Below are positions 59,846 through 64,000 of a stretch of DNA of 64,000 nucleotides, in pieces (positions within the stretch are counted from its first letter, which is position 1; every line of letters begins with the position of its first letter). The stretch comes from an uncultured Solirubrobacterales bacterium (GTDB lineage Bacteria; Actinomycetota; Thermoleophilia; Solirubrobacterales; Solirubrobacteraceae): assembly GCA_963763715.1 (NCBI GenBank), contig CAVXPV010000020.1, forward strand, positions 78,124-142,123. The letters run 5' to 3'. A program made the translations under genes and the position numbers. The notes under the pieces were generated by a model, which saw only the letters and a list, made by a program, of their open reading frames with translations, did not search any database and had not been told where the DNA came from.

Positions 59846-60921
59846 TAGAACCCGTTGCGGGTGACGTCTCGGGCCCGGTGGGCGAGCTCGAGGACGCCCT
59901 CGCCAAAGCTCTTCAGATACGGATCGTCGGTCGAGCCCGACACCGCACGCTTGTAGTTGCCCTCCATGAAGGCGACCGCCTTCCACATCGCCAGAGCCAC
60001 GTACCAATCCAGGGCGTGCATCGAGCGCCCCGAGCGCTGCTCGTAGCGCGAGACCATCTCTTGCCGGGTCGGGAAGCCGTCGCGGACGGTGACACTCTGC
60101 AGGTTGAAGCGGCTGTCGTCGGCGTCATCGGCCTGTCGCCAGTGCAGCATCATGTAGCCGATGTCGGCGAGTGGATCCCCGATCGTGGCCATCTCCCAAT
60201 CGAAGATCGCGATCAACCGCGCCGGAGCTTGTGACGCGACCATCGTGTTGCCCAGGCGGTAGTCCCCATGCACGATCGTGGCCTGCGGAGACGCGGGCAT
60301 GTTGTCGGCCAGCCACGCGCTGACCTCCTCGAACTCGGGGATCTCACGGGTCTTGTTGTGCTCCCACAGCCCGTTGAAGCGCCGCAGCTGACGCGCGAGG
60401 TACCCGGTGGGCTTTCCGAACCCGTCCAGTCCGAGTCCCTGCCAGTCGGCGCCGTGCACCTCGACCAGCGCGTCGATCAGCTCGTCGGCGATCCGCTCCC
60501 GCTGCTCGGGCGTGTCCAGAGGGTCCGGGATCGCGTCGGTGATGACCGCACCGTGCATCTGCTCCATCACGTAGAACGGCGCGCCGATCACCGCCGGATC
60601 CTCGTTCACCGCCAGCACACGCGGGGTGCGGACGTCGGCCGGCTCGAGCGCACTGAGCAGACGCGCCTCGCGCAGCACGTCGTGAGCGCTGGGGGGGAGG
60701 GGTCCCCGGGGCGGGCGGCGCAGCACGACACCGGTGGACAGGCCGAAGGTGACGTTGGAGTGCCCTTCCGTGAACGGCACGGCGGTCAGGTCATCGGGCG
60801 CGTCGAGCCCGTGGGCGGTCAGAAATCGTCGCAGCGGTTCGAGCACCAGCAATGGCTCGCGTTCGTTGGCGGCGCCCTGAGCGTGGGTCTCGACGATGTC
60901 GTCGGCGGCGGCGGTCGTCAT
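59845..60921 (-). CDS. APH-fold phosphotransferase (ACAD10/11 kinase-like)
   Basis: GHSNVT, VLRRPP, SAHDVLRE, HGDYRLGN, DWEMATIGDP. Confidence 0.9.
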   Translation of the reverse strand: MTTAAADDIVETHAQGAANEREPLLVLEPLRRFLTAHGLDAPDDLTAVPFTEGHSNVTFGLSTGVVLRRPPRGPLPPSAHDVLREARLLSALEPADVRTPRVLAVNEDPAVIGAPFYVMEQMHGAVITDAIPDPLDTPEQRERIADELIDALVEVHGADWQGLGLDGFGKPTGYLARQLRRFNGLWEHNKTREIPEFEEVSAWLADNMPASPQATIVHGDYRLGNTMVASQAPARLIAIFDWEMATIGDPLADIGYMMLHWRQADDADDSRFNLQSVTVRDGFPTRQEMVSRYEQRSGRSMHALDWYVALAMWKAVAFMEGNYKRAVSGSTDDPYLKSFGEGVLELAHRARDVTRNGF

Positions 60922-61010
60922 CTGACCGGGCAGCCTATCGCCGGGCTCCGGCGATCGGCGCGCTCGCGCCGATCGCGTCGTGGCGCAAGCGCGCGACTTG
61001 GATCGGCGGC

Positions 61011-61310
61011 TCAGGCCGCGACGGGCGGCTGCGCGCCCAGCTCGCGGTCAAACCGCCAGCCGTCCAGCTGTGCGCGGTCGCCCACCAGACCGACGACGGT
61101 GGCGCCCGTGCGGCGCTCGATCGCGGCCAGCAGCATGGCGAGCCGGTCGCGCAGGGCGTTGGACACGTCCCAGCTGTCGCGGGTCAGCATGTGATCGTCA
61201 CCGATGACGAGGATCGTGACCCGGTCGGGGCGGTAGGCCGCGATTCGGTTCAGGATCTCGGCGTCGCCAGTGGTGTCATCGGATTCGAAAACTGCCAGTA
61301 GATCGCTCAT
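61011..61310 (-). CDS. Small hypothetical protein (possible USP-like alpha/beta fold)
   Basis: MSDLLAVFESDD...VTILV...VVGLVGD; fills the gap between flanking genes. Confidence 0.5.
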   Translation of the reverse strand: MSDLLAVFESDDTTGDAEILNRIAAYRPDRVTILVIGDDHMLTRDSWDVSNALRDRLAMLLAAIERRTGATVVGLVGDRAQLDGWRFDRELGAQPPVAA

Positions 61311-61439
61311 GAGCGGGAGTCTCGGGCGCGGGCGTAAAGGAAATCTGAAGCCGGCTGAATGATTCGGCACGGGGTTGATGTGCGCCGTACGTGGGACTCC
61401 GGGTGGGGGTGTCCACTAGGCTCAACCTCCGAGACCGCG

Positions 61440-62285
61440 ATGCCTGAGCTGCCCGAAGTCGAGATCACCGCCCGCCGTATTGGGGCCGCCGTGGCCGGAG
61501 CGGAGGTCGAGTCCGCGCTGAGCCCCAGTGTCAACGCATTGCGCACCTTCGATCCGCCGCTGTCGGCACTCGAAGGCCGCCACATCACCGGAGTCGGCCG
61601 TCGCGGAAAGCTGTTCCTGGTTCGGTTCGAGGGCGATCTGACCGCGCTGGTGCACCTGATGTCCGCGGGGCGGTTACAGCTCTTCGACAAGCGCGCCTCG
61701 CTGCGCGACCGGACATCGCGCCTGCTCGTGCGACTCACCGACGGCCGCGAGCTGCGGCTGCGCGAGTTCGGCACCAAGCAGGCTGCGTGGGTCAAGCTCT
61801 ACCGGCCCGAGGGCCTGGCCGAGGAGACGATGCTCACCACCCTGGGTCCCGAGGCGTGGCCCGATCCGCCGCCGCTCAAAGCGCTGCTGTCCGCAGCCCG
61901 GCCGCTGCACGGCATGTTGCGCGACCAGCGCGTGATTGCGGGCATCGGACGATCGTGGGTGGACGAGATCCTGCACGAGGCGATGTTGTCGCCGTTCAAG
62001 CGCGGCAACGATCTCTCCCCGGAGGAGGCCGAGCGACTGCGCGCCGCGATCGTCGATCGCCTCGGCTTCGCGCTTGAGCACTACGAGCAGACGATCACCC
62101 TGCCGATCCCCGACAAGCTTCCGATGCCGCTGCGCATTCACCGCCGCAACGGCGAGCCCTGCCCGCGCTGCGGGCACACGATCGAGGCCGTCTTCTACGA
62201 GGACTACGTCATGTGTTACTGCCCGCATGACCAGACTGACGACAAGCTGCTCAAGGACCGTCGGCTCTCCCGGCTGCTCAAGTAG
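61440..62285 (+). CDS. Fpg/Nei-family DNA glycosylase
   Basis: MPELPEVE, RRGK, HLMSAG, H2TH DQRVIAGIG, zinc finger CPRC..CPHD. Confidence 0.93.
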   Translation: MPELPEVEITARRIGAAVAGAEVESALSPSVNALRTFDPPLSALEGRHITGVGRRGKLFLVRFEGDLTALVHLMSAGRLQLFDKRASLRDRTSRLLVRLTDGRELRLREFGTKQAAWVKLYRPEGLAEETMLTTLGPEAWPDPPPLKALLSAARPLHGMLRDQRVIAGIGRSWVDEILHEAMLSPFKRGNDLSPEEAERLRAAIVDRLGFALEHYEQTITLPIPDKLPMPLRIHRRNGEPCPRCGHTIEAVFYEDYVMCYCPHDQTDDKLLKDRRLSRLLK

Positions 62286-62336
62286 CACCGGGTCCGAAGG
62301 ATGCAGCCAGGAGACTGATAGCGTCCACCCAGCGGG

Positions 62337-64000
62337 ATGAAGGGGGGCACTCCGATCCGGCGGGTCGTTCAGCGGGGGGTCCGAGACTCCTTCGGCCGGC
62401 TGCCCCGTGTCCGTTTGGCGCCGGGTGAGGCGACGGGTCTGCGGCGACGCCCAGGCGACCCGTGGCTCGTCCTCTTGACCGGCTTGCTTGCCGCGTTGCC
62501 GGTGATTGCTTCAACGAAGCGCGCAATTGCACTCGGCTGGACCCCGAGCTCGGACGATGGCGTGATCGCTCTCCGCGCGCTTGACGTATTCAGCACCCAT
62601 TCCCCGTTGGTGGGCCAGTACTCCCAGTCGTCTTCGCTCATCAGAGCTCCTGTTTACGCCCTCGGACCGATGTTGTACTGGCTCATCGCGGTGCCCGCGC
62701 GTATCGGACCGGCGGCCATCGTCGCGACGATGGGAGCCATCAGCCTGTTGTCGGTGCTGAGCATCGTGTTCGTGGCTCATCGCCGCGGTGGCCGTGGCCT
62801 CATGTTTCTCACCGCGGTGGGAATGGTGATGACCCAGCGCTCTCTCCCGGCCGAAGTGCCCTATGAGCTATGGAATACATGGGCTGGACTGATGCCGTTC
62901 ATCGCCCTCATCTTCATCGCGTGGACAGTCGCCTGCGGGGATTACAGGCTTCTCCCGCTTCTCGTCCTGGTGGCCAGCTACGTCGTGCAGTGCGACCTGG
63001 CCTATGTCGCCCCGGCCCTGGGCTGCGTGGTGCTAGCGGTCGCTGGATTTCTGTTTGAGCGGCGAGGGCCGAGCGGAGGCGGCAGCCCGTTCAGGATGGG
63101 AAGGTGGTTGGTCGCGACGCTCGTCACGCTGCTCCTCTGCTGGATCGCCCCCCTGATCGACCAAGTGACCGGTTCCCCGGGCAACCTGGGTCTCGTCGGC
63201 CGACTTGTCACATCCGGATACCGGATCTTGGGGCACCGCGAGGCGGTCTGGGCGATCGCTCGAGCCGTCGGCCTTCCGCCGCTCTGGCTCGAGACGCCCA
63301 GAACGCCGGTCGAGGACTTTCTCGGAGTCTTTCGCGGGCCACCGGTGTTCACAGACCTCAGCGCACTGTTCGTGCTCGCGTGTGTTGCGTCGGTGCTGCG
63401 CTTGAGCCTGCGGCGAAGGCGTCGCGACGTCACCGCGGCGGCGACGCTTTGCGTCGTGCTCCTGCTGGCGGTCGGCGCTGACGGTGCTGCGCTCCCGGCC
63501 GGCGGTCTCGGATTTGCCGCGAGCGTCTACGTCTTGAACTGGACGTCCCCCGTCGGAATGTTTGCCTATCTGGTCATCGCGTGGTCCCTCTTCGAACTGC
63601 GGCGACCACGCCAGGATCCCGTGTTCACACACACGGTGGCCAGGTGGCGAGCTGGCGCCGCGGGACTCTGCATCCTGTCGGTCCTGGTGGCAACCCGGAC
63701 CGTGGATGGCCCCAACCGGCTTCCGCCACGCCTGGGACGCTATGACGAGATCAGGCGGGTGACCAGCAGCGTGGTGGCGGGAGTCGACCGCGGAGGGCCC
63801 GTGCTTCTTGACGTGCCCAACGCCCTCGGGCAGGCCAGCCTCACCTTCGACTCGGCCTTGGCGTACGCATTCCGTCGTGACGGCATCAGGTTCGCTCTGC
63901 CGCCGCGCGTGTCTACGGCGATGGGAGACCAGTATTGCCCACGGTCCGGCACGTACCGCGACATCGTGCTCATCTCAGAGGGGAGCGTCGCACCCGAACG
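62337..64000 (+). CDS. Multi-pass membrane protein, possible GT-C glycosyltransferase (runs off window end; absent from the ORF track)
   Basis: I translated it by hand: open from ATG 62337 to the end, with TM1 followed by WTPSSDDG, then GPMLYWL, WNTW and about 10 hydrophobic segments. Confidence 0.7.
   Translation, partial: MKGGTPIRRVVQRGVRDSFGRLPRVRLAPGEATGLRRRPGDPWLVLLTGLLAALPVIASTKRAIALGWTPSSDDGVIALRALDVFSTHSPLVGQYSQSSSLIRAPVYALGPMLYWLIAVPARIGPAAIVATMGAISLLSVLSIVFVAHRRGGRGLMFLTAVGMVMTQRSLPAEVPYELWNTWAGLMPFIALIFIAWTVACGDYRLLPLLVLVASYVVQCDLAYVAPALGCVVLAVAGFLFERRGPSGGGSPFRMGRWLVATLVTLLLCWIAPLIDQVTGSPGNLGLVGRLVTSGYRILGHREAVWAIARAVGLPPLWLETPRTPVEDFLGVFRGPPVFTDLSALFVLACVASVLRLSLRRRRRDVTAAATLCVVLLLAVGADGAALPAGGLGFAASVYVLNWTSPVGMFAYLVIAWSLFELRRPRQDPVFTHTVARWRAGAAGLCILSVLVATRTVDGPNRLPPRLGRYDEIRRVTSSVVAGVDRGGPVLLDVPNALGQASLTFDSALAYAFRRDGIRFALPPRVSTAMGDQYCPRSGTYRDIVLISEGSVAPE

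Overview
High-GC actinobacterial chromosomal window. The gene types suggest Thermoleophilia/Solirubrobacterales (inference, no marker gene here). I found no rRNA, tRNA, CRISPR array or mobile element. Many single-base frameshifts in the first ~33 kb look like long-read indel errors. Contents in order: (1) a ~16 kb catabolic island with four copies of a LacI-type operator (TGCAA[A/T]CGTTTGCA), holding a Mo-hydroxylase LMS, a DHPON-hydrolase-like enzyme, an amidohydrolase, an M24-fold hydrolase, a flavin oxidoreductase, a hydroxyacid dehydrogenase and a Liv-type ABC importer; (2) housekeeping genes, including a 2-oxoacid dehydrogenase E1a/E1b/E2 with lipB and lipA; (3) the standout, a compact soluble di-iron monooxygenase (SDIMO) locus with a divergent PrmA-like alpha subunit, then one gene that fuses reductase, beta subunit and MmoB/DmpM coupling protein, then an SCP2 lipid-binding protein, all opposite a PucR-type regulator; (4) thiolase-FabG4-MaoC, MFS/MarR, DEAD helicase, cyclophilin and aldehyde dehydrogenase; (5) a phosphate locus of three double-zinc-ribbon proteins (one a phosphoesterase), pstCAB and a divergent non-lipoprotein pstS; (6) APH kinase/HAD pair, Fpg/Nei glycosylase and a partial GT-C-like membrane protein. 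All calls come from motif reading; no searches were run.
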